A stretch of DNA of 64,000 bases from Octopus vulgaris (Eukaryota). The stretch is taken from positions 36,518,001 through 36,582,000 of the forward strand of contig OX597826.1 in the NCBI GenBank assembly GCA_951406725.2, in the 5' to 3' direction. Below the pieces are notes generated by a model that did not search any database, was not told the DNA's origin, and was given only the letters and a program-made list of their open reading frames with translations. A program made the translations under genes and the position numbers. Below, piece by piece: positions 12,536-26,452 of the stretch; position 1 is the first letter of the stretch, and the number at the start of each line of letters is the position of its first letter.

Positions 12536-12788
12536 AATTAAAAATATAAAATGTCAACAATTTATCCATCACAACCTCTCTCTCTGTTTCCCTTTCTCTC
12601 CCCTCTTTCTCTCTCTCTGTTTCCCTTTCTCTCCCCTCTTTCTGTCTCTCTCTTTCCCTTTTTCTCTCTCTCTCTTTCTCTCTCTCTCTCTAAAGCTTAT
12701 ATAAATACCATTATCATTATTTACAAGATGGTAAACCCTGGTGCTGTATAACAAAACTATTTGCACTGAAAGCATATATATATATATT

Positions 12789-12825
<37 letters not shown>

Positions 12826-12969
12826 CATTTTGGGGGAATGAATTTCCTTAAAATGATAGGCATATAAAAAGCATAGAGTTTATATCCAGTTAAACGAAGA
12901 AAAGAAAATGGAGATTAGGAAGTTAATAATTTTTTATTATTAACCACAAATTATCATCTTAACGTCTAA

Positions 12970-13027
12970 CAATTAATACTCAGTAATTTAATCACAAATT
13001 TGTAATTAAATTATTGAGTGTTAATTG
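12970..13027. repeat. AT-rich ~58-bp imperfect palindrome
   Basis: caattaatactcagtaatttaatcacaaa pairs with tttgtaattaaattattgagtgttaattg. Confidence 0.8.
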
Positions 13028-13072
13028 AAATAGCTGTAAGAAGCGAAGATGACCAATTATATAAACCATTAG

Positions 13073-13425
13073 CTTGTTGCCAACTTAATGTGGCAATCCC
13101 AGGAACAAGGAGAATGCTACTGCCATTTAGTCCCAAGAAACACCATTTCTAGTTGGCTATGTGACACAAGCCAATGTCCAGAGACTAGTTGAGGTTAATT
13201 TCCCTTCATCAGTTGGGTAGAGGTGCTTATCTCCCCTGTTCGAAAACTTATGGACATAGAACGCTTTTGTCACATAGCCTACTAGAAATGGTGTTTCTTG
13301 GGGCTAAGTAACAGTAGTATTCTTCTCTTTCCTGGGATTGCCATATTAAGTTGGCAACAAGACATCACTTTATCATGTTCCTACTGCATAACTCTCTCTG
13401 AGACATTTAGAAATGCAATATTTAT
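13073..13425 (-). mobile_element. PLE pseudo-LTR-like foldback element, copy 2 (99-bp inverted arms; hammerhead remnant at 13178-13216)
   Basis: 13073-13171 is the imperfect reverse complement of 13263-13361; minus strand reads ccaa-CTGATGA-aggg-aaattaa-cct-caa-ctag-TC-tctgg. Confidence 0.75.
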
Positions 13426-13691
13426 ATATATATATATGTGTGTGTGTGTGTTTGTGTATGGATGCAGTATATGGTGTGAAATGTTGGCATAAGAAAAGAC
13501 ATTCAGCTATAGAGAAGCCATGGTGAAACAGACGTTGGGGCACAACCCTGTCTTCATGCCCATCAGATCCTATCAAACTATCAAACCTATGTTGACAGCG
13601 ATGATGAGATTATCTATATTAGCCATCACTCATAGGTAAGTATAACACAGCAGGATATCAAGAGAGTGATGGTAAGAAAGAGGGAGAGGGG

Positions 13692-13880
13692 AAGCAGTGA
13701 GTTGGCAGAAATGTTAACACACTGGGCAAAATGCTTAGTGATATTTCATCTGTCTTTACATTCTGAGTTCAAATTCAGCCAAGGTCGACTTTGCCTTTCA
13801 TCCTTTTGGGGCTGATAAATTAAATACCAGTTGTGTACTGGGGATGATCTAATTGGGCCTCGTACATAAAGTAGAAAAGA
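13692..13880 (+). mobile_element. SINE family B copy
   Basis: gagttggcagaaatgttaacac head, gagttcaaattc B-box, ggtcgactttgcctttcatcctttt domain. Confidence 0.85.
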
Positions 13881-15240
13881 AAAAAAAGGAAAGAAGGAGA
13901 GGGCAGCATCAGCATTTGAGTTATATTAACTTTCGGCTGAGTGGACTGTGGCACTGGGAACTGAAGTACCTTTCTCAAGGGGAAAATGCACTGCCTGGTG
14001 CAGAGATCGAACTAAGGATCTTATCATCATGAGATAAATATCTTAACTATTTGGTCATACTTACACACTCACATATGTAAATATATATAAAATTACATGG
14101 ACATATAAATGTAGTCACACACATGTATATGTGTGTAGGTAGACAGACATATACATATATACACATTTATCTATTTATTTATTTATACATGCATATATAT
14201 ATATGTATATATATATGCATACACTTATAAAGAGACAGGATGAGAGAGGAGGAGAGGGGGGAATGCAAATATGTAGAAAAAAAAAAGTTACATGCTGCAG
14301 TCTGGCACTCTGCTTATAAATTATAATAATTCGATAATTAGTATTTTTAATTGAACGACAATGATTATTTTTTAACTCAATAATAATAATAATAATAATA
14401 ATGTTTCTTTTTATTCTTTCTTCACATAATCAATATCGTATTTTCTTGCTTTTCTTTTATCCCATGTTTTCTTTCTTTTTGTATAAAGAATATTCTGGAA
14501 GACAGCTTAAGTTAAGAACATTATCTTTTTTTGATTGTCTGTCTAATTTAATATCTCAATATTTATATGCAACTTGTTTGTCCACATTATACTTTTAAAC
14601 TTTTTCGTCTTCTATATTAATTGTTTGTATATACTACTAAATTATATATCAATTTGTAAAGAGAAATCATCTTTGTAAAATGTATTATTGTAAATCTAAT
14701 AGAATTCGCAATCAAATAAAATATCTTTTATTATTTTCTATCGTTATTATTTTCTCTCAATCAATAATGAGTTCAAACTTTATCACAGACTTTTTCGCCC
14801 ACACACTTCACCAAAACATGTTACTTAATTAACATGCAGAGGACTAATTATGAAAAATTCACAGAAACACTTAATTCCATATTGAATAATTAATATTGAA
14901 GTATAAAGAAGATTAGGCTCGCATTTGGATTTTCTGAAAGTTATTCAATCTTTATATAAAATATATTCTCTGTTACATCTCACTTATTCTCATAACCCCC
15001 TATGTCCCTCGAGGGAATGTCTTGACACATCTTCCCCTCCACCCCACCATCTCTCACTATTTATTACTCTCTTTATTTTACTTTCTCACTCACCCACTCT
15101 TCTTATCTCTAACTTCTTCCCTCTTCCTCCTTGGTCAGTCAGTTTCTCCTTTGATATTTATTGGTGTTTATGAAAACTGATCATAAAAATTCTTTAGTCT
15201 TTTATTAATGTAAAGTCGCTATCAATAATTCTTTCTATTA

Positions 15241-15697
15241 AGGTGGTGAGCTGCCAGAATCATTAGCACACCAGGTAAAATGCTTAGCGGCATTTCGTCC
15301 ATGTTTATGTTCTGAGTTCAAATTCTGCAGAGGTTGGCTTTGCCTTTCATCTTTTTAGAGTCGATAAAATAAGTACCTGTTATGCACTGGGGTCAATGTA
15401 ATCAATCAACCAAATACAGCATCCATATAATTAACTTACCCACTCCCTTAAATTTGCTGGTCTTGTGCCAAATTTAGATTAAAAGAAGAATTGGTTTCAA
15501 TTTCAGGCTAACAATTTCAGGGTGGAGCTTAATTGATTACATCACCCAAGTGATAAACTGGTACTTATTTTATTTACCCCCAAAAAGATGATAGGCAAAA
15601 TCAACCTCAGCAGAATTTGAACTCAGAATGTAAAGACAGATGAAATACCGCAATGCGTTTTGCCTGGCTTTCTAATGAGTCTCTTAGCTCACCATCT
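15241..15697. mobile_element. Tail-to-tail inverted pair of family-B SINEs (15241-15475 +, 15490-15697 -)
   Basis: ggtggtgagctg...gagttcaaattctgc on plus; gcagaatttgaactcagaatg...agctcacc on the opposite strand. Confidence 0.8.
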
Positions 15698-17303
15698 TGT
15701 GTCATGCTAACAATAATGATGGCAAATATACCCGACTTATAAAAATGTAATGAAATGATAATAAAAAAATATAATGTATAGAAAACTATATTTATTTCTT
15801 AATACAAATATTTACATGTTGTAATTGGTTTTGCATTGACCAATTCTGGAAAAATAAATTTTCTGTTTTCTTTTTTGGTTCAATATTAGCTTTGATAATA
15901 AACAAACTGAAAATTTTAGCTAATTGCAGAGAAACAGGCATGCAACAATTGCAGCTACGCAGAGGTTCTGCTGGTGCTATTTCATTTAATAATTCTTATA
16001 TTACTTCATTTTTAGTGCAAATTGTATTATCAAAAAAGATTTTCTTGATTGTACTTATTTTCTGCGTGCAGTTTCAAATTATTTTTATTTAATGTTCTGA
16101 TAACTTACTCAAAAGAGAAAATATGGAGAAAGCAGGTATATTTCTGCATTAGTAATTGAATAAACTTTCTAGTAACAAAAGGAGAGAACAGCAATGTGAT
16201 TGAAGCTATTTTAGTGTATGTGACACAAAATATATAAATACACAATTGTATTTATTATAAGAGTGGCTTTCATGATTTTGTATTCTGTTGTTTATTATGT
16301 AATAATGTTACCTCTAGATGTTTTTAGTCAACCTTTAATATTAGTTAGGTGCAGAAAGTGACCAATGACCAACATAATCATGACCTTTCACACACATCCT
16401 TCTGACCAATATGACTGTGTGAAGTTAACTGCAGAATCCTAGGTTCTCTCCATGACAACTTTTGAAAATTACCATCTAATGAAGTCAACATCTGAGAACG
16501 TATAAATTAAAGAATTAACAGTCATAGTGTATAGACAAAACCTGGTGGTGGTAGTGGTGGTGGTGATGATGATGATAACAACGACGACGATGACGATTAT
16601 GATGACGATAATGATGACGATGATGATGTTGATGATGGTGATGATGATGATGATGACAAGAACAAAAACGATGACAAGAAATGATGACAGTGACAACGAT
16701 ATCAATGCCAATGCCAATGCCAACAATGATGATGATGACAGCAACAATGATGATGAAGAGGATGACTTTGAAGCATTAAGTCTGAACACTTTGAGAACCC
16801 CGATACTGAACCTATCACAAAATCCGAAGCAGCCAATACAGAACAGCAACATCTTCACCCAGAATTATTCGCTATTGAGAAACGTAAGAGTTTCTGATAT
16901 TAAGGAATGAAACAGTTTCTTGTTGTTGCCTCACTTCCATTTCACTTAACTTTTGCTAACCCAATAAACATGGTAAGATTACTGCAACACCTGCCTGCTT
17001 CTCAGATTTCATTCTGACTGTTAACAAGCACTGAGGTTAGCTTCACTGGATTTAATTAAAATGGCAACCAGTTAGGAAATGTTATTATAGAGGATGTATA
17101 TATATATATATATATATATAAGTATACGTACACATGTGCATCTAGGAATGTATAAACAGGTGTGTATGCATGGACGCATGTTTGTATGTATATGTGTATG
17201 CATTAATGGATGAATATATATATATATATCTTTGTGCATATGTATATCTGTGTGTGTGTATATATATATATATATATAACTATATACACAAATATATATA
17301 CAT

Positions 17304-17351
<48 letters not shown>

Positions 17352-17374
17352 TTATACATATGTGTGTATATGTG

Positions 17375-17413
<39 letters not shown>

Positions 17414-17550
17414 TTGCACAGAGACACAAACACACATATGTACATACATATATATATGATTGCATATACATATGTATACTAGTGTGTGTGTGCATGTGTG
17501 TGTATGTATGCATGTACATCAATGCATGTATGTATACACACAAATGCATA

Positions 17551-17591
<41 letters not shown>

Positions 17592-17639
17592 ATGCGCATA
17601 CATGTATATATACATATATAAAGCATAAAACAACACTCA

Positions 17640-19110
17640 ACTCAAAGTAACAATTACAATTGCAGGAAAGCTAATAGAAAGAAAAGCAAAGATAATATAA
17701 CTGGGAACTATGGAACCAGAAATGGTAAATGGGAAGCAGGCACCAAACGTAGTGACATAGCAAAGAAGATATTTTCAAAATGGTAAACATATGGAGTTCA
17801 AGAAACATTTATATCAAAACAAGAAATTATTATTAAAATATTATTACCCAGGGCACTTTCTTCTATATGGTGCTGAAACTTGTACACTAATCAAAGGTAT
17901 TAAGGAACAAAAGCACCCAGAGAGTGCAAACCTCCACAAAGGCAACACCAACGTCTTCTCAAGGAATAGCCAGAGATGATTATTAAAACGAGGATATCTG
18001 AAATAAACTGAATTATTCTCACAAATGAGAATACTAAAACTGAACACGACTGATCTCAAATACTAAGTAAAAAGAAAGGAAAAATAATCTAGAATCCTTG
18101 TCCGGTACCGGATCGATCCGAAAATCTAATCAATTCATGCTAATCACAAGGTCAAACATCCCTGAAAGTTTCATTTGAATCCCTTCAGCGGTTCTTGAGA
18201 TATCTTGTCCGTGGACAAACATACAAACAAATGCAACTGAAAACAATACCTCCACCTTTGCTAAGGTGGAAGTAATAAATTAGAAGTACTAAAGATGTGG
18301 GAATTTGGAAGACTTTTGAAAATTTCATGAAGATGTAGTAAGAGATGAAAAAATACTAAGAAAACCTTATGGCACCATCAAAGAGAATATGAAAATATTT
18401 TCGGTACATAATTAGGGGAAAAAATGGCTTAAGTTATCATTGAAACCAGTCATGTGCAACCCAGATATTCTTCCTGTTTTATGTTAAAACCAATCAGTTC
18501 TGGCGTCTCTGACAATGTTATTCTCATTACTTCCATGTTCTTCCATGTGATGACCAAGGACATGACATGGAAGAAGAGCACAGTGTGTCTTGCTGCAGCC
18601 AGTTTGAAAGTTGTGCATTCAGCAGTGTCAGACACTGGTCAGATGCCGGTGATCTGTTGGGACTCAAAGCAAAATGTTGGCTCTGGACATGTATAGTTTG
18701 TGTTTTTTTTTTTGTGCCTCCACAATCTTGTTCTGTCCATAGGATGTGGCACCTCTGTTGGTGTAGCTTTGCCAGGCAGGGTGGTCAGGTGTTGGAGTTA
18801 ATCTAAAAGCTATTCTAAAAATATATATTCAGACCTTTGGAATTTCAGAGTCATGAGACAATGCATGATCAATTCAAAACAATGTGAATAAACAAGGATT
18901 ACATTTGACAGAGTAATCTCAATGTTGAAGGATTAATGGAAGGAGAAACGGTAGGGCAAAGTGGAAGAAAGAAATGAAGATTTATGTGGTGGGATGGAAT
19001 CGAGAATTAGAATGATCTAAATTATAATGAATATAAGACAGTACAGGTGTGTGTGGGGCGAGGGGACACTGAGATTATGATCCATGGCAGTCAATCTGTT
19101 GAGATCAAAT
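17640..19110 (+). mobile_element. Fragmented RTE-clade LINE 3' region interrupted by other insertions
   Basis: FLLYGAETCTL (LLYGxETWT motif) near 17860; KLEVLKMW..RLLKIS near 18280; 3' remnant ending at a (GAT)n tract near 19130. Confidence 0.6.
18088..18275 (+). mobile_element. DINE-1/HINE-like (Helentron-associated) non-autonomous element, 3' part
   Basis: cggttcttgagatatc core, gacaaacatacaaac microsatellite, terminal hairpin acctccacctt-tgct-aaggtggaagt followed by aa. Confidence 0.6.
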
Positions 19111-19220
19111 AATGTTTCATGTTGAGAATGATGATGATGATGATGACAACAATGATGATGTGATGATGCATGATATATTTATCCATGTACATACATACAT
19201 ACTTTTATATATATATATTT

Positions 19221-19274
<54 letters not shown>

Positions 19275-19278
<4 letters not shown>

Positions 19279-19457
19279 TGGTAAAAATGGTAAGATAACA
19301 AAAGAAAGAAAGAGACCTCAATATTATGTAAATGTAGGAAATTCATCTGTAAAGTGATATGTGACAAAAAGATGGTGGTGTGGATTTCCACCTCAGCATC
19401 CGACACTCAGAGTTTTATCTTGGCTACCGAATAATTGTCACATATTATTTTACAGAT
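19275..19457. mobile_element. Short foldback element in (TA)n, 23-bp arms (19345-19367 / 19435-19457), hammerhead-like remnant in loop
   Basis: atctgtaaagtgatatgtgacaa vs ttgtcacatattattttacagat; loop aaga-tggtg-gtgtggatttccac-ctcagcatcc-gaca-ctc. Confidence 0.5.
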
Positions 19458-19467
19458 ATATATATAC

Positions 19468-19532
<65 letters not shown>

Positions 19533-19538
19533 TATATA

Positions 19539-19573
<35 letters not shown>

Positions 19574-19594
19574 GTGTATGTATGTATATACACA

Positions 19595-20393
19595 CAGTGT
19601 TTGAACTAAATTTGACCTTTTTATATCTCCTTTTGTCAGAAATATCTTGATGTATTGGTGAATAGTCAACAACGTTGAAGAGCATAAAGATTAAAAGTTG
19701 TAGGTGATAAAAAGTTAGATGACGTGGAGGACTTGAAGCCATCAGAATATTGGTAAAGAGTTTCCTGTATCATCATGATCAGCACCGAGGGTCAAAATGC
19801 CAAACAGCATGACTGTTGTTCATGGACGACTGCAATAGAAAGTACAAAGACATGGCCATCAGGAATTCTGACTGTGTCCACATTCTCAAATTCGTCCAAG
19901 AACTAATGAACAGGCCTTAAGCTCAATTCAGCTGGCTGTGTGAAACTAACGGAAACTGTGTCAAATCCTGCCTGGAGTGGGTTGCTGCTGGAAGACCATA
20001 TATGTGTGGCAGCAGGATTCAGTTCCTGCCATGCTTCTGGAAAGCATCAGAAGTGGTTGTCAAAGAATTTCTACGACTTCACCTGATTCCACCCCCACCC
20101 CCACCCCCAATTGTAATCCCAAGGATTGCAATGTGTGGAGCGCATCTGAGAAAGACACCAACTGCACTACCAAGATCAAGGAAGATTTTTAGAAGATCTT
20201 CTTTGGAACACCGTAGGGAACACATGTGTCAAATTCCAGATTCGTCATGTGCAAAGGTTGACTACCTTAAGTAAACTGTTATCTTTCAGCCATAATCCAG
20301 TTGGTGGTTTTGATTTTAACCATACTTTTTGATTGGGATATTGTATTTTATATTCCTTGTATGCAAACTGTCAAATTTAATTCAAATACCTTG
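19595..20393 (+). mobile_element. Internally deleted DD37D/maT-like Tc1/mariner element with both TIRs
   Basis: TIRs cagtgtttgaactaaatttgac and gtcaaatttaattcaaataccttg; peptides YVWQQDSVP and PNCNPKDCNVWS. Confidence 0.75.
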
Positions 20394-20444
20394 CACGCAC
20401 ACACACACACACACATATGTACATCAACATCAACATCATATCAT

Positions 20445-20820
20445 CATCATCATCTAACGTTCATTTTCCATGCTGGCATAGGTTTGATGATTTGACAGGA
20501 GCTAATTCGAGGTTGACTTTGCCTTTCATCCTTTCGGGGCCGATTAAATAAGTACCAGTTACGCACTGGGGTCGATATAATCAACTTAATCCGTTTGTTT
20601 GTCCTTGTTTGTCCCTTCTGTGTTTAGCCCCTTGTGGGTAGTAAAGAAATAGGTTTGACAGGAGCTAGTAGGACTGTAAGCCATACCAGGCTCCATCATT
20701 CTTTTTGAGATGATTTCTACAGCTGGATGCCCTTCCTAATGCCAACCATTTTACAGAGTGCACTGAGTGCTTTTTACATGGTACCATCACCAGTGCTTCT
20801 TAAGTGACACCAGCACCAGT
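20445..20820 (-). mobile_element. SINE family C with a nested family-B fragment (~20505-20652)
   Basis: ttttccatgctggcatagg...tttctacagctggatgcccttcctaatgccaacc; tttgacaggagcta is repeated on both sides of the nested piece. Confidence 0.75.
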
Positions 20821-20904
20821 ATTTTTCATATAGTACAAAGAACAAACCAATTCTGCAGACATGTATTTCTGCTGAAACAAAAGCAGTCTTAACTTGAGCT
20901 TCCA

Positions 20905-21295
20905 GGAGTGGCTGTGTGGTAAGTAGCTTGCTAACCAACCACATGGTTCTGGGTTCAGTCCCACTGTGTGGCATCTTGGGCAAGTGTCTTCTGCTATAGC
21001 CCCGGGCCGACCAATGCCTTGTGAGTGGATTTGGTAGACGGAAACTGAAAGAAGCCTGTCGTATATATGTATATATGTGTATGTGTGTGTGTTTGTCCCC
21101 CTAGCATTGCTTGACAACCGATGCTGGTGTGTTTACGTCCCCATCACTTAGCGGTTCGGCAAAAGAGACCGATAGAATAAGTACTGGGCTTACAAAGAAT
21201 AAGTCCCAGGGTCGATTTGCTCGACTAAAGGTGGTGCTCCAGCATGGCCGCAGTCAAATGACTGAAACAAGTAAAAAAGTAAAGAGTAAAGAGTA
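20905..21295 (+). mobile_element. SINE family A, full length, CpG-rich (young)
   Basis: ggagtggctgtgtggtaagtagc head through gactgaaacaagtaaaaaagtaaagagtaaagag tail. Confidence 0.9.
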
Positions 21296-22489
21296 TCCCA
21301 GAGTTTCCTGAACGACCATACAAATGGACCAACTATTCTATAACTTGTTTATTTATCTATTTATTTTTTTTATCTAAAACACAGTAAAAAATCATCTGTG
21401 AAGAACTGTCTTTGGTAATGACTTGTCTCTTAGCAAAGTTGTCACCTATCAACAGAGAAAATATTTCAAAGACACAGAACCTGACGATTTTGATTTACAC
21501 TAAATTACATCCAATAAACGAAAAAACGAAAAAAAAACAGAAAGGTAAAAAAATATTTATTCTGTAAACAAACAATTTGAGTAATTTGTAATGACCTAGA
21601 AAAATTTGCTTTTGATGATGTCTGGAGAGTTTCACCTGTGCCTTCATGTCTCCGAAATATCTTTCAAAAATATTGATCTGTGTTAAGAGATTTTGCTATC
21701 ACTCAAGAAATATGTATCAAGGGAGAAGTCTAGAATTTGATGTGAGGCTTTCATGACAGATGGTTCTATGGTTATGACCTGCTACCACAATTCTTGTTAT
21801 TAACTAATGAGAGACTGCCAAGATGGAATAGGATTGACATTGCTCTCAAATGACAGCTTTAAAAAGAAAAACTATGGAAATCATGTAGTTTGAGATAAGC
21901 TATATCTGTATAGAAGGAATGGGCATGGAAAGAATGTCTTTGATAATTTGTTTGCACAATTGGGTCTGATATGAGATGACACCACAATGTCTTTTGTTAA
22001 CCCATTAGAAACCAGTAACATTACTGTATATATGTGGATGTGTGTGTGTGTGCTCGTTTTTGAGTGTATATGCATGTGCACATGTATGTGTATGTTTTTC
22101 TGTATTGCATATATGTGTGTGAGTGTGTGGTATGTGTGTGTGTGTGATCATGTATTTGAGCATGTGAAGCTTATTATGCAGATATAAGTAATCTGATACC
22201 ACCAAACCATGTGGTAACTCTTGTCTCTGAAATGCCAAATACTACAGAATGCCGACTAATTTATGCCAACATACTGTCCACTGTACCACGTGGAGCATGC
22301 AATGAAGCACCTGATGTTGCCAAATTAATGAAACACTAATGTAATCTAAACTGACCAGTGAAGGTCTAAATATTTTTACCTAGAAGCTATTTAAAATTCC
22401 TTTTAAATTCTTTCTGCACCATGACTCTGATCATCTGATGATGTGGACATATTCTACACCCATGAACGTTAAGTAACCAATATCCATCT

Positions 22490-22504
22490 ATCTATCAATC
22501 TATC

Positions 22505-22542
<38 letters not shown>

Positions 22543-22566
22543 TATATATCTATTTTATTCTTTCTT

Positions 22567-22607
<41 letters not shown>

Positions 22608-22826
22608 ACATATATGTGTGTACAGTTTATATATCTGTGTGTATGTACACATATATATATATATACATATATATACAGATATATATGTGTGTGGGTATGT
22701 ATGTATTTATGTATGTTTATATATATATAAAAATATTTATATATATGTATGTGTATATATATATATATATATTATGTATGTATCTATGTATGTTTATATA
22801 TATATATAAAAATATTTATATATATG

Positions 22827-22896
<70 letters not shown>

Positions 22897-23748
22897 TACC
22901 TACACACACACATGTCATATGTGTATATAAGTACATGTATATATGCACATATAACAGCCACATATAATATAAAGAAAAAGAATGAAATTTTTAAAAAATC
23001 TGAAGGAATAGAAGGATGGGAAACAAAACTATTGTTGGAATAATGGTTTATTCTCAGAAAAAAAGAGTGGCAATCCCACACACACACACGCATACACATG
23101 CACACACACACACGTACATGCATACACAAACATGCGTGCACACATACATGTGTGCATGTGTGCGCTTGCATGCATTCTACATCCCCATGAAAACAAACAA
23201 AGCAAATCTCTCCCTTCTATGGATATTCTAAACCAAAATCCCATTAGAAATATATGAAATGTTGGTTGACATGGAACTGAAAATACACAGCAGATGAATC
23301 AAAGTAATTATTTAATATTTCCTTGCAAAAACAATTCCGGTGTAATATATACGAAAACAACACAAACAACCATAAAAATAAAAACCAATTATATGTTGAT
23401 AAAATAAATAACTTAGAAGAATGAAACAATAGATGTTCTTAAAAAACACTGCTCATGTCACTAACTAGATTGTATATATTCACTTTATTTCGTGTTGAAT
23501 TTTCAAGCCAATCCTGTTAATGCTGCAAATAATGGAAAAAAGAATGATATCAAAACAAATGCTAAATATTTATTTTGTTGTTGCAGGTTTTTTTGTTTTG
23601 TTTTTTTTCACTTCTGCTTATACTTATCAATCTGTTTATCTGGTTATCTATCTGTCATCTATTTATCCATCCATCTATCTAGTTATCGTCTTTCTACATA
23701 CCTGTCTATTTGTCTGTCTTTTATCTATCTGTCTATCAATCTACCTCC

Positions 23749-23825
<77 letters not shown>

Positions 23826-25050
23826 CACATATACATATATATATATATATATATATACATGCCTGTCTGTCTGTCAGTCTATCCACCCATCTATTTATCT
23901 ATCTATCTTTTCATATATATATGTATGTATGTGTGTATGTATATATATATATGTATATATATATCTATATATATATATATACCAGTCTCTTGGTCTATAT
24001 AACTATCTGTCTATCTATATATTTATCTGTTTATTTATCTATCTGTCTTATCTGTCAGTTTTTCTATATCTCTACCTGCCTGTCCTGATAGAAAAAAAAA
24101 AACAAAAAAATATGCATGTTCATGTGTTCTGTATATATTTGCATATACGTGTGTTTCTGTGTGCGTGCGTGATGTGTGTGTGTGTCTGTGTGTCCTATAC
24201 ATTTTTTTCTTTATTTAATTACACATATCTATGATATACTCACATTTCTTTGTATATGATTGATTAGGTTCTTCACATGAACATACCACCCATGTATGCA
24301 GAAAGAATTGTGTACAATTTTAAGCATACATATGCATATATATATATGTATGTATGTATGCATGTATGTATGTATGTATGCAAAACCATACAAACATACT
24401 TCACATACACCACATGCATACACACACATACATATTTGTTACACGTATACATACACACACACACAAACATATATATATATAAATAGATAGATATAGGTAT
24501 GTATATAAATGTGCTTATGTATATACATAATATATACACACATATATGTATGATGTATGATGTATATATGTATGTATGCATGTATGTATGCATATATATG
24601 CATAAATGTATCTATATATGTGTGTATATATACATGTTCATATATGCATGCATATATATGTATATATATGTATCATACATATACATATATATATATGCAT
24701 ACATGCATGCACACACACACAGATGCAAACAAACACACACACGCACGCACACGCACACACACATGCACACACACATACACACATATATATATATGCTTGT
24801 GTTGATGGATTTGAATCTATGGACACTTCAATTCTGATATATAAACATGGGTGTACATTTATAAATATTCAAATCTATTACAACAGTTACAAATCTATTT
24901 GAATATAGAATCATATATTTGCACAAACACACAAACACACAGAGTCATGCACACACACACACAGACACACTCACACACACACATACATGTACGCACATTG
25001 AACATTAGCTCATTCAATACACACACGTCAGATATACGCACACACATAGA
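22490..25050. repeat. Extended (TA)n/(TG)n/(TAGA)n microsatellite field
   Basis: Direct reading; accounts for the many Y/I/C/V-rich ORFs here. Confidence 0.9.
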
Positions 25051-26452
25051 GTGACTATGTTCTATTGAAGCTTGACTTAACTCGATCTAAACATATTCGA
25101 TGATGTATTCAAAACCCTGTCTTTTTAAAACATTATTGAAAATGGGGGTGTTTACAAAGAGTGAATGACCAGCTGAATGGTTGTATATAATATTCCTTTG
25201 TCGAGTGATGCAACTGAACTGAGGAAGATAGAGTCGATGGTAGCCATGGGAAAAGAATAGAAGAGAGATCAATATTTTGGTGTTGTTGTTGTTTAACCCT
25301 AGGTCAGTCATAATTGAGTAGGTCTATGATGAAAGGTGTTCTACCCATGGCCAGCCACTCAGTTTTAAGTAATACTTACATCTTTGTCTTGAAGTTCATT
25401 ATAGAAATGTAAATATAGCTGTGAGGTGAAGAATTTTGCTTTATAGTCATGTGGTTTAGGGTTCAATCCTCTTGCACAGCACCATGAGCAAATGTCCTCT
25501 GTTATAGCATCGAGTTGCCCAAAGCCTTGTGTCCAAGTTTGCTTCATGGAAACTGCGCAGAAGAGTCATACAGGGACTGGCATGGCTGTGTGGTAAGACG
25601 CTTGCTTCACAACCAGATGGTTCTGGGTTCAGTTCCATTGCATGGCTCCTTGGCAAGTGTCTTCTAACATAGCATTGAGTCAAAAGAGGGTGAGATAGAG
25701 AAAGAAGCAGATGATGGAATAGTGGAGGTGAGGTATAAGTGGAACAGAGGGGGGATAGAGGAGGATGTGAGGGGAGAAGTGGTGGTGGTGGTGATGATGA
25801 TGATGAAGATGATGATGATGATGATGAGGAGGAGGAGGAGGAGGAGGAAACTTTTATGCAATTCCCTATTACTCTCACGAAACTCTTTTTCAGGCTGTAT
25901 CAATATTTGAAGAGACTCAAAGTGCCAAACAATGAGATGGAACCCAAAACCCCATGGTTAAAATGCAAGCACCATAATCCCTACAGCCATTCCAGTGTTT
26001 AGTATTTATGAGTTCTTTTTTGTATTTTTTTTTTCAAAGAAAGACTTCAAGAAACTGAGTCTGTATACAATAATGTTTTATGTGGTCTTGTACAGTTTCT
26101 AAAGATTCACTTCCATTAAAATGCTTTCTTGGAACAATTTCAAGCAAACTTGTTTCAATTTTCTTGAACTTCTTTCAATCTTTGCTCTAAATTTGAAAGT
26201 CAAATCGGGAAGCCAAATTCTTCAAAATCTTGTTTGTTTTTACATCTTAATTATTATTTTAATTATTAATTATATTTGTGTTTCCTTTATTCCTTGAGTG
26301 AAAGGTTCCCAAAATACAAAAGGATTCCACTGTTGGCCATAAAAACAGCCAACAGGAGAACTTTTATGTTGACAATTATTATGCTAGACACATGAGCTAA
26401 ATTTCCATCAAATCATACACTCTACCATCTTACAAATAAACAATAGATATAT

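Noticed and set aside
16380-16430. Possible pre-miRNA hairpin (ttcacaca / tgtgtgaa)
   Set aside because: Only about 8 bp of pairing and no recognisable mature miRNA.
16527-16910. 127-aa ORF with an acidic stretch and nearby gtaaga splice-donor-like motifs
   Set aside because: Mostly a (GAT)n microsatellite; the unique tail has no recognisable domain and the alternative frame has a stop. A lncRNA exon cannot be excluded.
22538-25054. Many long ORFs rich in YI/CV/HT dipeptides (also at 4.0, 11.2, 17.1, 41.2, 55.0 and 61.4 kb)
   Set aside because: They are translations of (TA)n, (TG)n and (TATG)n microsatellites that lack stop codons, open in several frames at once.
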